Assembly (NCBI GenBank): GCA_003707115.1
Contig: PPNB01000003.1
Location: forward strand, 186,001-250,000
Origin: Tortispora ganteri
Taxonomy: Eukaryota
DNA: 64,000 bases
Direction: 5' to 3'
Shown here: piece after piece, positions 22,838 through 34,400 of the stretch
Layout of the letters: the number at the start of each line of letters is the position of its first letter
How positions within the stretch are numbered: the stretch's first letter is position 1
The notes under the pieces: model-generated
The model's database searches: none
Seen by the model: the letters and a program-made list of their open reading frames with translations, nothing else
Told to the model about the DNA's origin: nothing
Program-made: the position numbers and the translations under genes

Positions 22838-24241
22838 ATGGCGAACTCTCAGGCTACATGGAAATTTGCCCAGTGCTTTGGTGACAAAGGCGACTCAGAA
22901 GATATAACCGAGGCTGATATCATATCTGCTGTCGAGTTTGATCACACTGGCAATTACCTGGCTACAGGAGATAAAGGAGGCAGAGTCGTTTTGTTCGAAA
23001 GGAGTTTCAATAAACGTGGTTGCGAGTACAAATTTTTTACAGAGTTTCAATCGCATGACCCCGAGTTTGATTATCTAAAATCCCTGGAAATCGAAGAGAA
23101 AATTAATAAGATAAAATGGTGTCGACGACAAAACATGGCCCATTTTCTCCTGTCTACGAACGACAAGACTATCAAACTCTGGAAGGTATTTCAGAAAAAT
23201 ATCAAAGTTGTCGCCGAAAATAATCTTTCAAACTCGAATTCTACCTCTACTGCGCCCGGACAATGGTCGCCTTCAGATATATCTAAACTACGCCTCCCAC
23301 GAATGACCCTCCACGAATCCATAACTACTGCTACTCCGCGAAGAATTTACTCTAATGCTCATGCTTACCATATCAACTCTATTTCTGTTAATTCTGATGA
23401 TGAGACCTTTTTAAGCGCCGACGATCTGCGCATTAACTTATGGAATCTAGAAATTCCGAATCAGAGCTTTAATATCGTTGATATGAAACCCGCGAACATG
23501 GAAGAACTTTCAGAAGTAATTACAGTCGCTGACTTTCACCCTACTTCTTGCAACATATTTGCGTACTCATCATCCAAGGGCACAATCAGACTTGCTGATA
23601 TGCGTGAGTCTGCGCTTTGCGATGTTCACGCGAAAATGTTTGAAGAGCAGCCTGACCCGGATTCAAGATCATTTTTTGCGGAAATCATCTCATCGATATC
23701 AGACTTTAAATTTTCTCAGGATGGTCGCTATATTGTTTCGCGTGACTATTTAACGGTTAAAATCTGGGACGTGGCAATGGAACGAGAACCTATTAAAACC
23801 ATCAACACTCACGAGCATCTTCAAAAACGTTTGTGTGATGCATATGATAACGACTCTATCTTTGACAAATTTGAAGTTGAATTAAGAGGCGATGGTTCTA
23901 GTGTAATGACTGGCTCTTACAACAATAACTTCATGATATATCCTGATGCAGCTGACCCTGATGCCGAAGACACCGAGATCGTTTTGCAAGCTGATAAATC
24001 CGCATTCAGAGCTAAAAAGGTTGGTGTACCTACACCAATGGGCTCTGGATTAAACTCCGGTGTTGGTATTGGCTCTAGATTTGGCAGTTCTTCGCCTTCG
24101 CGTAATAATGCCATTAGGAGAGATCTAGATGCAGAGTCTATTGACTTCAACAAGAAGATTTTACACATGAGCTGGCATCCTAATGAAGATTCAATTGCGA
24201 TAGCTGCTACAAACAATTTGTTTGTTTTCTCTACATTATGA
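22838..24241 (+). CDS. CDC55: PP2A regulatory B (B55) subunit
   Basis: [61 protein letters not shown]. Confidence 0.97.
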   Translation: MANSQATWKFAQCFGDKGDSEDITEADIISAVEFDHTGNYLATGDKGGRVVLFERSFNKRGCEYKFFTEFQSHDPEFDYLKSLEIEEKINKIKWCRRQNMAHFLLSTNDKTIKLWKVFQKNIKVVAENNLSNSNSTSTAPGQWSPSDISKLRLPRMTLHESITTATPRRIYSNAHAYHINSISVNSDDETFLSADDLRINLWNLEIPNQSFNIVDMKPANMEELSEVITVADFHPTSCNIFAYSSSKGTIRLADMRESALCDVHAKMFEEQPDPDSRSFFAEIISSISDFKFSQDGRYIVSRDYLTVKIWDVAMEREPIKTINTHEHLQKRLCDAYDNDSIFDKFEVELRGDGSSVMTGSYNNNFMIYPDAADPDAEDTEIVLQADKSAFRAKKVGVPTPMGSGLNSGVGIGSRFGSSSPSRNNAIRRDLDAESIDFNKKILHMSWHPNEDSIAIAATNNLFVFSTL

Positions 24242-24537
24242 TGTAACCATTCATGGATGCTGCTAGAACCTCCGAAGTTTACAGTTATAGCTGTCAGCTC
24301 TCGTGCTGAACCCAATTATCCCTTTTAAAACTGCGTCCTATATTCAGATCTGCAATATGTTTTGCTCTACAGACTAGTGACCCCCCCTCTTCTTGCTGGT
24401 TTTATTCAACCGTCTTCACATACTACTTTTTCCTTTGTTATCTATATAATATTTATAATACGTTCGCGTTCATTACTGTATGTAATGCCAATTCATAAAA
24501 GATCCAAATAATAGGGTCCTTTCTCTTTGAAACCAAG

Positions 24538-24545
24538 TTACCCGG
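24538..24545 (+). promoter_or_regulatory. Reb1-type site TTACCCGG
   Basis: Exact TTACCCGG about 150 bp upstream of DAP2 ATG. Confidence 0.45.
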
Positions 24546-24694
24546 CTGTGCGGCTTGATCATACACCTTTTATTGGTTCATGCAATGTCATCCTCCTCTT
24601 CTGGAAAACGACTCATCATTGTGCTTTTGACGTGCATCTAGCCGGTTATTTGTTCTGAAACTACCTGTTCCCTGTGTATGGATCAAAAACGATC

Positions 24695-27280
24695 ATGAAG
24701 AGTGTGGACGAAATTGGTGAGACCGATTTGCAGCTAATAAGCCCCCGTAGCGGGCGCAGCAGCACTAGTTCAGTGTTCGATCATCTCAATAGTCTTGAAG
24801 ACGGCAATGGCAAAGAGTTCACTGCATCAGAATGGGAAAACCCGTCTAATGATTATGTTGGCCATATGAGAAGGATACTTAGCAAGAAATGGGGAATTGC
24901 CATCATATCGACACTGTCATTCATGGGTCTTATTTGGATAGGCGTGGTCGGTTATGCGTTAGTTAGCGCCATCGTGGCATCTCCTGCCACTAAAGTGATG
25001 CGCAACAGCACACAAACACTCCAGACAACATCTTTTATTGTAGATACAACTCAGGTAGAGCCATTGGATACAGTTGGTAGCTCGTTACCTACTGCACACT
25101 TACACGATATCGTACAAGGCCTATATTTTGCACAAACTGAACGGATCAGCTGGATTACTTCGAACGAGAACGATGGTTATTATCTTGATTCATCAGCTAA
25201 AGGGTTTGAATTAAAACACATTGGAAATGAATCATTCTCACAAACACTCCTAGGGTCGAAAATTATCGAGTTTAATGGCAAAAGATTTCAAATAACATCT
25301 ATGAAAGTTGCCCCCTCTATGGATCGAGCGCTACTGGTCACCAACTATGAAAAGCAATGGCGACACTCATACTCAGCGTCGTATTTTGTTTTAGACCTGC
25401 TGCAACAATCTGTTTATCCGTTGGCTAGTCTGAATCCCCTTATGGTTGCTGATTTCGATCCTACCGGTAAACACGTGGCTTACGTGAGAAAAGAAGACAA
25501 GAATTTGTACCTACACACCATGAACTCCGGAGCAAAAGATATACAAATAACAACTGCTGGTGGAACAAACATCTTTTACGGTATACCTGACTGGGTATAT
25601 GAAGAAGAGGTGTTTGCAGGAGGCAGTGCTCTGTGGTGGTCAACCGACGGAACTGCTCTTGCATACTTGCGAACAGATGATACGGATGTGCAAGAATATA
25701 CCTTGGAGTATTTCGCTCAGAAATCTGCTAAAGAAGATGCATATCCAGATTTGGTCGATATAAAGTACCCGAAACCGGGCAGTCCTAACCCTCTAGTATC
25801 TCTTTACGTGTATAATGTTGCAAATGGAGATACGTTTGAAGTCACTAGTCCCGATAGTGCCGTTGATGATATCATAACTGAAGTTGTTTGGCTTGGTCCA
25901 AAAAATGTCATGTTGAAACAAACCAATAGGGCCAGTGATATTTTGAAAGTGATTATCTCAAATGTTGATAGTAGATCCTCTACCACTACCAGAGTCGAAG
26001 ACGTTTCGAAGGACGGAGGCTGGTTTGAGATCTCGCAGTTCACTAGGTACGTTCCCGCTTCTCCGAAGACTGGGCGTGCTGACGACGGATATATTGACAC
26101 TGTCAATAAGGACGGATATCTTCATTTAGCATTATTTTCTCCTGTGCATGCTTCAGAACCTGCTGTATATCTAACTTCTGGCAACTGGGAAGTTGTGAAT
26201 GCACCATCTGGACTAGATTTGGACGCACAAAAAGTGTATTTTATATCTACAGAGGTGTCTCCGGTTGAAAGACATCTATACTCTGTTTTTCTGAACGGAA
26301 CAGGTCGCACAGAAATAACCGACAACCCCGGAAAACCAGCTTTTATGGATGCGTCTTTCTCGCCTTCCAGCAAATACGCTTTAGTACGCAACAAAGGCCC
26401 CAGCGTTCCGAAAGATAGCCTAGTTAGCCTGATCAGTGGAGAGTGGAGGGTGGTACAGTCCAATGAAGACTTACGAGAGAAACTTCGTGAAATTCAACAG
26501 CCCCAAAAAATATACTCCACAATAGAGGTTGGTGACGGATACAAGGCCAATGTGGTTGAGATGCGGCCGCCTAACTTTGATGCATCCGGAAAGACCAAGT
26601 ACCCGCTGCTATTTAAAGTATATGGAGGTCCTGGCAGTCAGACTGTATCCAAGGAGTATTCGTTTCACTTTGAAGAGTACATGTGCACTGCTCTGAACAT
26701 GATTGTCGTTAGTGTCGATGGGCGTGGTACGGGCTACATGGGCCGCGAGTTCCGTACGGCGGTGCGCGACCAGCTAGGCAAATTTGAATCGCAAGATCAG
26801 ATAGCAGCCGGAAAGAATTACGCAGAACGAAATTACATTGACTCTAATAAGACTGCTATATGGGGTTGGAGCTACGGCGGATATATGACGTTAAAGACAC
26901 TGGAAACAGACGGCGGAAACGTATTCAAATATGGCATGGCTGTTGCACCAGTAACGGACTGGCGGTTGTATGATTCAATCTATACAGAACGATACATGCA
27001 TGAACCTAAGGACAATCAAGATGGGTACGATGCCTCGGCGATTAAAGACATTGAAAGCCTGAAGCAAGTTCAGAGGTTCCTTATGATGCATGGTACGGGA
27101 GATGACAATGTACACTTTCAAAATTCGATGCAATTAGTTGATAAGTTTGACTTGCACAGCGAAATCAATTACGATATGTACGTTTTTCCTGACTCCGATC
27201 ATTCAATTCGATTTCACAATGCGAATTCTATGGTCTTTCATCGTCTAGCAGACTGGTTTAAGGAGAATGTTATTGGCTAG
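24695..27280 (+). CDS. DAP2: Dipeptidyl aminopeptidase (S9B, type II membrane protein; Dap2/Ste13 family)
   Basis: N-terminal TM, PDWVYEEE, GWSYGG, HGTGDDNVHFQN, PDSDH catalytic motifs; DAP2 vs STE13 orthology not resolvable by eye. Confidence 0.88.
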   Translation: MKSVDEIGETDLQLISPRSGRSSTSSVFDHLNSLEDGNGKEFTASEWENPSNDYVGHMRRILSKKWGIAIISTLSFMGLIWIGVVGYALVSAIVASPATKVMRNSTQTLQTTSFIVDTTQVEPLDTVGSSLPTAHLHDIVQGLYFAQTERISWITSNENDGYYLDSSAKGFELKHIGNESFSQTLLGSKIIEFNGKRFQITSMKVAPSMDRALLVTNYEKQWRHSYSASYFVLDLLQQSVYPLASLNPLMVADFDPTGKHVAYVRKEDKNLYLHTMNSGAKDIQITTAGGTNIFYGIPDWVYEEEVFAGGSALWWSTDGTALAYLRTDDTDVQEYTLEYFAQKSAKEDAYPDLVDIKYPKPGSPNPLVSLYVYNVANGDTFEVTSPDSAVDDIITEVVWLGPKNVMLKQTNRASDILKVIISNVDSRSSTTTRVEDVSKDGGWFEISQFTRYVPASPKTGRADDGYIDTVNKDGYLHLALFSPVHASEPAVYLTSGNWEVVNAPSGLDLDAQKVYFISTEVSPVERHLYSVFLNGTGRTEITDNPGKPAFMDASFSPSSKYALVRNKGPSVPKDSLVSLISGEWRVVQSNEDLREKLREIQQPQKIYSTIEVGDGYKANVVEMRPPNFDASGKTKYPLLFKVYGGPGSQTVSKEYSFHFEEYMCTALNMIVVSVDGRGTGYMGREFRTAVRDQLGKFESQDQIAAGKNYAERNYIDSNKTAIWGWSYGGYMTLKTLETDGGNVFKYGMAVAPVTDWRLYDSIYTERYMHEPKDNQDGYDASAIKDIESLKQVQRFLMMHGTGDDNVHFQNSMQLVDKFDLHSEINYDMYVFPDSDHSIRFHNANSMVFHRLADWFKENVIG

Positions 27281-27354
27281 GAACTAGAGATAATGTACGA
27301 AAGGTTCATTAAGTTGTAGAATAATTATAGCGTCATATAGTGTTTAGATAATAT

Positions 27355-27747
27355 TTATTCTCGACGGTGAGAGTTAACCTTGGGGTTCCAGAAAGCAGTC
27401 TCGTCTCCGTTACCCCACCAGAAATCGCGGACACGAATATTTTGGTATTCGTACTCTGGGGGCTTTTCCTCATCAGGAATCTGGGGCATATGGGCAAGAT
27501 GCTCTTCGTGCTCTTTCTCATGGAGATAGGCGGAATAAGTGGCGGCAATGATAGCAGGAGTGGCAATGAAATATGATATTTTGCGCCATAGCTCAGCAGT
27601 ATGGCCTGCATGCTCCTTAACAGCCTCTATTTCAGCCTTGTAGGCAGCAGCAGCAGCAGGATTAGATTTTAAAAGCACCTCTTCAGAAGTGGTGGCAAAC
27701 TGGCGTACATTGCGAACAGCAAAACGGCTTAAAGTGGATCGAAGCAT
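27355..27747 (-). CDS. COX13: Cytochrome c oxidase subunit VIa
   Basis: Presequence MLRSTLSRF, HAGHTAELWRKIS, EYEYQNIR..FWWGNGDETAFWNPKVN. Confidence 0.94.
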   Translation of the reverse strand: MLRSTLSRFAVRNVRQFATTSEEVLLKSNPAAAAAYKAEIEAVKEHAGHTAELWRKISYFIATPAIIAATYSAYLHEKEHEEHLAHMPQIPDEEKPPEYEYQNIRVRDFWWGNGDETAFWNPKVNSHRRE

Positions 27748-27961
27748 AGCGATAAATGTGCAGTAGAAAGGTTGTGTGTTAGTAGGAAGAAAAAGTGGTG
27801 CGGTATGATAGTGCTTGTAAGCGTTGTGATTCGCCAATTTTACTTACCGTAAACGGAAGTATGTATCGTCATGGCAACCCGGCCCTCTCCGGGTGTCTAT
27901 CCGCACTCACAACCTTTTCCTCCTCCAGTTCCTTTTTTCTTTTTGATTATATACAGAAACT
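27748..27961. promoter_or_regulatory. Bidirectional COX13/ATP1 promoter with CCAAT box
   Basis: 214 bp between divergent ATGs; CCAAT at 27834-27838, CCGG elements near 27879 and 27889, pyrimidine tract before ATP1. Confidence 0.6.
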
Positions 27962-30403
27962 ATGATGTTCCGTGCTGCTATTCGCCAGGCAGCTGTTCGA
28001 GCTCTTCGCGCTTCTGCCGTATCGGTATGTATAATTTGATTGACTAGTACTGTTGTATTTTTCTCCGAGCTTTCTTCCTGCTGCGCTTACCGGTGCTGCC
28101 GGCCTTCTTCCCGGCTACTTCGACACTTTGTTGTGTGTGCTTCAAAGGCACTACACTCTTGTAGTTCTCATGCTAATTTCATCGGATTATGTTCCAAACA
28201 CTCTAGTGTTTCTTTTTGCCGCGAATTGTTCTCATATCCGACGAATTGCTCATAGCTAATTGAACTACTGCCTCCTGGCTTCTCGACACCGGGGCTCTTT
28301 CTTCGTAACCGCTGCACTGCCTCAGTATTGACCGGAACGTGCCAGTGCTTTATTTTCTTGCTAAAATACTTTCGAAATGCATCTACCTATGGAATTGAGG
28401 ACTTAAGTCAGGGAAATAATGCACATGCTGCTACAATACATATCTTTCTACGGCAACTTATACTAACATTATTAGACCCGTACTGTTGCTCGTCGTGGCC
28501 TTGCCGACGCTAAACCCGCCCCCACAGAAGTTTCCTCTATCCTTGAGGAACGTATCCGCGGTGTGTCTGCTGACGCTGCTCTCTCTGAAACAGGACGTGT
28601 ATTGTCTGTTGGGTAAGTATTCTATTGATTTTTCTTTTCAACCACTCTTCTTTGCACTGCGGCCTTCACCCCTGGCGGATTCTGCCTGCAACGCGCGTTC
28701 CGCAGGTTTTAGTTTTCTACCGCTAATAAAACATCTGTCAAGGGTGTTTCATTTATTTAGAATATTTCCTTGCGTTTCTCTGGTTCAGCTGCTCCCTTGC
28801 TCGCTATTTTCGCCTTTTTTACGCCTTGGTGTTATTTCCTCCCGAACCCGGCTTACCGAGACCTCTATAACTTTATTTACTCGCAGGATAAAGTTATGGC
28901 TGAACTCTCGAGCATGCATTCTTCGAGTTGAAGTCTAGAAATATTCACCGAATGGACAACTAACAAATTTATAGTGACGGTATTGCTCGTGTTCATGGCC
29001 TGAGCAATGTTCAGGCTGAAGAATTGGTCGAGTTCGCTTCTGGTGTTAAGGGTATGGCCCTTAACTTGGAAGCCGACCAAGTCGGTATTGTATTGTTCGG
29101 CTCTGACAGAGAGATTAAGGAAGGTGAAACCGTTAAGCGTACTGGTGAGATTGTTTCCATTCCCGTTGGTCCCGAACTTCTCGGACGTGTCGTAGATGCT
29201 CTCGGTAACCCCATTGACGGCAAGGGCCCTCTCAACGCCAAAGAGCATCGCCGTGCCCAGATGAAAGCTCCTGGTATCTTGCCTCGACGCTCTGTATTTG
29301 AGCCTATGCAGACTGGCTTGAAGTCTGTTGATGCCTTGGTACCTGTCGGACGTGGTCAGCGTGAACTTATCATTGGTGACCGTCAGACTGGTAAGACCGC
29401 CGTCGCTCTTGACACTATACTTAACCAAAAGCGATGGAACAACGGCAGTGACGAGAGCAAGAAGCTTTACTGCGTCTACGTTGCAGTTGGTCAAAAACGA
29501 TCCACTGTCGCCCAACTTGTAAAGACCCTTGAGGACAATGATGCCCTTAAGTACTCCATCATTGTTGCTGCCACTGCATCTGAGGCAGCTCCTCTTCAAT
29601 ACCTTGCTCCTTTCTCTGGTGCTGCTATTGGTGAATGGTTCCGTGACAATGGCCGCCACGGTTTGATTGTTTTTGATGATTTGTCCAAGCAAGCTGTTGC
29701 CTACCGCCAGCTTTCTCTTTTGCTTCGCCGTCCCCCTGGACGTGAGGCTTACCCTGGTGATGTCTTTTACCTCCACTCTCGTCTTTTGGAGCGCGCTGCT
29801 AAGATGTCCGATAAGTTTGGTGGTGGATCTCTGACTGCCTTGCCTGTTATTGAGACTCAAGGTGGTGATGTCTCTGCTTACATTCCCACTAATGTCATTT
29901 CCATTACCGATGGACAGATTTTCTTGGAAGCTGAACTTTTCTACAAGGGTATCCGTCCTGCCATTAATGTCGGTCTTTCCGTCTCCCGTGTCGGATCTGC
30001 TGCTCAAGTCAAAGCCATGAAGCAGGTTGCTGGTTCTATGAAGCTTTTCCTTGCCCAGTATCGTGAAGTTGCTGCTTTCGCTCAGTTCGGTTCTGATCTT
30101 GATGCCTCTACTAAGCAGACCTTGGTCCGTGGTGAACGTCTTACTCAGTTACTTAAGCAGAAGCAGGCATCTCCTCTTGCTTTCGAAGAGCAAGTTCCCG
30201 TTATCTATGCCGGTGTCAATGGTTTCATCGACAACATCCCTGTCGACAAGGTTTCTCAATTTGAAGCTGATTTCCTTGCCCATTTGAAGTCCTCTGAGAG
30301 TGATTTCATTGCTACTCTTGCCGAACAAGGTGAGTTGTCTCCCGAGAACATGGAGAAGCTCAAGAAGATCACTTCTGACTTCACTGCATCCTACTCCGCT
30401 TAG
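27962..30403 (+). CDS. ATP1: Mitochondrial F1-ATP synthase alpha subunit; join(27962..28024,28476..28612,28975..30403)
   Basis: Presequence [18 protein letters not shown]; splicing restores [38 protein letters not shown] and [21 protein letters not shown]. Confidence 0.97.
28025..28475 (+). other. ATP1: ATP1 intron 1 (451 nt)
   Basis: GTATGT 28025, TACTAAC 28461-28467, TAG 28473-28475. Confidence 0.9.
28613..28974 (+). other. ATP1: ATP1 intron 2 (362 nt)
   Basis: GTAAGT 28613, AACTAAC 28958-28964, TAG 28972-28974; joins SVG|DG. Confidence 0.92.
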
Positions 30404-30557
30404 GCGATCTTTGAATTTTCTAGATTATAGTGTTAGGAATGTAGTTAAAACTACTATTACCATTACTTGTAACTAATTGTACTATTGTCGTTAAGCTTTT
30501 TAGTGAATGAGTCGTTCATTACGCACTTCTGAGACTAAGAGGCGTCATGCTTGAGGT

Positions 30558-31223
30558 CTACTCTTTTCTGCGTTTTGGATGTTCCTTGCGGAACTGTAGG
30601 ATGTTTTTGCCGACTCTGTTCATAACACGTTTGTGGAGGTCGCGGCGGTATCCGAGGCTGAACAGGATTTCGTAGACAACAAAGAACGGCGCAAGCGTGA
30701 GACTCTGAAGAAGACTATCGAAAAGCGCAGGTGACCTGCCTTCAAACACGCCGTGACCGATAAACTGGGCGATCCAGCATGCGATATGAACTATTAGAGC
30801 ATATTTGGTGGCTGTCTGGCTATCTCGGGCTAAAAACTCTACGCTTTTCACAGATGCCTGGATTAGCGCCAGAGATGACGATATTCCTACCATAAAATCG
30901 AGCGTGCAATAGAAAGTGGAGTATATGATAGCCACCAAGAACCCGGCGTTAGCGAAAGGGCTGCTCAGGAAGGTAAGAAGCGCCTGCGCAGTGTTAACAA
31001 TAATGGATCGGTCAACAAATCCGGGTATCCGTTCGCCGACAATTGCTATGAAAGCTCCAATGGACGATTCAGGCACAAAGTCAGTCAAAACAAAATTAGA
31101 GAGCATCAAGATGGACGATGCAAGGATCATAGGTACACAAATGATGTGAATAAGCACATTGACCTTGTTATTGTGGTATGAACCATAAAATGTTAATTGG
31201 TCTTCAATATTGAAAGCACCCAT
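30558..31223 (-). CDS. MPO1: DUF962 / Mpo1 2-hydroxy fatty acid dioxygenase
   Basis: QLTFYGSYHNNKVNVLIHIICVP and WIAQFIGHGVFEGRSPALFD motifs; ATG 31223. Confidence 0.9.
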   Translation of the reverse strand: MGAFNIEDQLTFYGSYHNNKVNVLIHIICVPMILASSILMLSNFVLTDFVPESSIGAFIAIVGERIPGFVDRSIIVNTAQALLTFLSSPFANAGFLVAIIYSTFYCTLDFMVGISSSLALIQASVKSVEFLARDSQTATKYALIVHIACWIAQFIGHGVFEGRSPALFDSLLQSLTLAPFFVVYEILFSLGYRRDLHKRVMNRVGKNILQFRKEHPKRRKE

Positions 31224-31448
31224 AGCTGCAATTATATAAATAAAGAAAAAGTCAAATTGGAGATAATAACAAGATTGTTTAGTTACACAGATTGATGGCA
31301 AAAAGCGGGGGAAGTGAGAGGTTCACCACTATATAAGTCCCGTTAATCAGAGTTAACCAATTGGGCAAGTGCGGCTTTGGCTACCAGTTTGGCAAACTAC
31401 AAGTTCACATGTCCATGCAAATTATATATAAAACAACACAACTTCGAA

Positions 31449-34400
31449 TTAAAAGCCAAAAGGGTTTTCAGCGCTTGCCGCTGCCAGATTGGCACGCTGT
31501 CCAGTGTTCTGCGGTTTCAGTTGCGGCGGTTTCGTTCCAAACGATACGTTAGGCATAGGACCAGTCTTCTGCGGCTGCAGTGGCCGCGCAGCTCCGCTGA
31601 GCACTGGCGCTCCTGTAGTCTGCGGTACCATAGCGGGAGGCAAGGAGTAGTTGACAGGCTGGGTCATACCGTTCGTATAACCGGTCATGTTCGGAACCAT
31701 GCCCGTTATTGTAGACTGCATGCCGTATGAGACAGGTGGTGCGCCTATCATGCCTGTTTGTTGCACAGGCATACCCATTGTCATGTTCGGTGACAAAACT
31801 GGCGGTGAAATCATCGGAATAGAGTTCATCCTATTGCCATTGTACAATCCTCCACCTGTAACTGACGGCACAGACATTCCGCGACCCGGTTGTATGCCTG
31901 TGTATTGCATGTTCATGGTGCCTTGTGGGATATAACCAGTTGGCTGCGGCTGTTGCAGGCCACCAACCATGGTACCCTGTGTGTTTTGGGGAATGATACC
32001 GTTATAACCTGTGAGCAGGCTCTGAAGCGGTTGCGTAGGAACAGGCTGCTGCAGCGGCAGAGACATCGCATTTGGCGGAATAGAGGAGGTGTACTGACTA
32101 GCCAGCGGTTTTGTGTTTTGCATTGTCATCGGGCTTGATGCAGTCTTGGTCGGTATCAATGGCGGCGGCAAAGAGGGCGTTGGCTGAGCAGTAGGCACAG
32201 CAGATATCCCTGAAGGAGGCTGCAAACCGGCTAGATCGCGCATAGAACCTGTCAATTGTGGAACAGTTTTCGGAGAAGGTGTAGGAGCTACAGAATCATC
32301 CAGTAGGTTCAGCTTCTTCATTGTGTCAAGAGCAATTGCATCCGCAGCTGTCGACTTTTTGGGCGATGGTGGAGCGTTGATACCACCTGTAACATTTTCT
32401 GTACTCGGGGGCGAAGTTGATTCTGATTTGGTTCTCTCCTTTCCAGTGTTATTCTTGAGTTGCCCATTGGGACCTGAGAACAGTGACTCTTTGGTTTCTT
32501 TTTCGTCTTGTTTCGATCTGTTGAATCTTTTATCCAGTACTTTCATAACTCTTATTATATCGCCTTCTTTCAGGCCAAGAGTCCGCAACACGCTATTATC
32601 TATATCGGGTAGAATTGCTTCGTCCATGCGGTCCCGTTCAAAACTGAGAGCGTATCTCTGGCAGTTGCTAACGTCCACACCACAACCGAGAAAAAAGTCA
32701 AACCAGTCGTATCCATCGGCTGGAGGACGAGTAGTTTTCGGAGGTGGGTCTACCTTGACAGGTGATACACCAGAATTGGATCCAGAGGCAGTGAACTGAG
32801 TTTTGATTGGACTGTTTCTTGTTGAGATGACAGATTCGCCTGTAATTCTCTCCACGTATTCAATATCCGGAGTAGACAATTTTTCTTTTGGCACAGCGAT
32901 TTTAACGCCGTTTTTCTTGTGGAGATGGAAAAGGCCGTCCTGGTATCCTAGAAACGCGGCATCTACTCTAAAGGTTCCAGTTCTGTCAGTCCATTCTCGC
33001 AAAGTATTGGGATCAGGGTATCCGTCCACCTTGGAGTTTCTATTACTAGAGCGCGATTCACTGGTGGAGTCATGGCGATCACGTGTAGAGTGCGGTTTTG
33101 ACAGCTTTGGTGGGGAATGCCGTTCAGATGACCGTTTCTTTTGATGGGACTTGCGTCGGGAGGCACGAGATGTAGAATGGTCAAGGTCTCTTTCCAACTC
33201 ATCAGCATAGGGCACTGTAGTAGAAGGTTTCTTCTCTGGTTTTGGAGTCTTGATGATAGAAACGTAGCTAGCTGGTACAACGCCTTGTTTGCCTGTGAGT
33301 GAGTTTTTCACCATCCACCATTCGTCACTCTTGTTGCTATCTATGATGAATACCTTATCGCCTTCACGTGCCGATAATTCATCAGACGCTTGAGCATCAA
33401 AATCGTACAGGATTTCACCTACTCTGTATCTTCCTGAGTTGGCTGCATTAAGAACTTCGTCGAGAGCTTTTGGTTTGGTCTCAGAAACAAGTGTACGAAT
33501 AGTTGTTATTATTTCTTCAGCTGCGTCCTTGGTTCCAGCATGAAGCTCTAGGGAAGCAGTTGGATGTTTTAAATCAATAAAAACGTGTTTCTTTTCGGCA
33601 TTGTAGTAAACAATGTTAGAAATACTCCATTGTTGAGGAGCTTTGTTCTTGGATTCTGGTGAGAATATGACGGAGTTGTTACCAAAACCAAACTTGGCCT
33701 TTGTTTTACGACCTTTTGAATCTATTTCTTGCACTTCCCAGGAATAGAAGTCGTCAGATGGTTCGTGATCAGTGTCTGTAGGGCGAGAAGGTTTTGGAGG
33801 AGGTAAGTCAGCGTCTCGGTCGTCATCAGAGAAGTCATCGTGGGTGCGAGAAGCTGACACAGCAGTAGAGGGGTCCCGTGGAGGAAGGTATGGTGGTTCT
33901 TCATCGTCTTCAGCATTTTCATAGTCATCTTCTTCCTCGTAAGATGCGCGCGATTGACGAGCATGCGCTGAAGAGGCGACAGCAGACGAGATGGCTGCCA
34001 ACGCAGATGATGGTGTGTCAGCGGGAGCCGGCGCGGCGGCTGAGACGGGAGCGGCAGGTGCAGTGGCTATTGAAGTTCCATTTGATTCTGGAGCCGGCAC
34101 TGTATCTGAAATTTCTAGGTAATTGGCTGGAGCGAAACCATATTCGTTATCGGAGCTTCCCACTAGCACCCAGTCCGGGTCGGATGTGTCGTAAACGTTG
34201 AGCTGTTGGTTTTCCAAAATAGAAAGTTCCTCTTCCGTTTGCGGGGTATAGTCGTAAAGAACTGTCGCAGTGGCAATTACGGGCGCAGGCTGGATGTAGT
34301 TCGAAGGCACAAGACCTTGTGGTTCGTCTTGGCCTGCGGGCGCATGTTTCTTAGCGGTCCACCATTCGTCTTCCTCAGAAATTTCAAGTACATAGAGCAA

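Noticed and set aside
28877..30007. 376-aa antisense ORF over ATP1
   Set aside because: Same codon-bias shadow.
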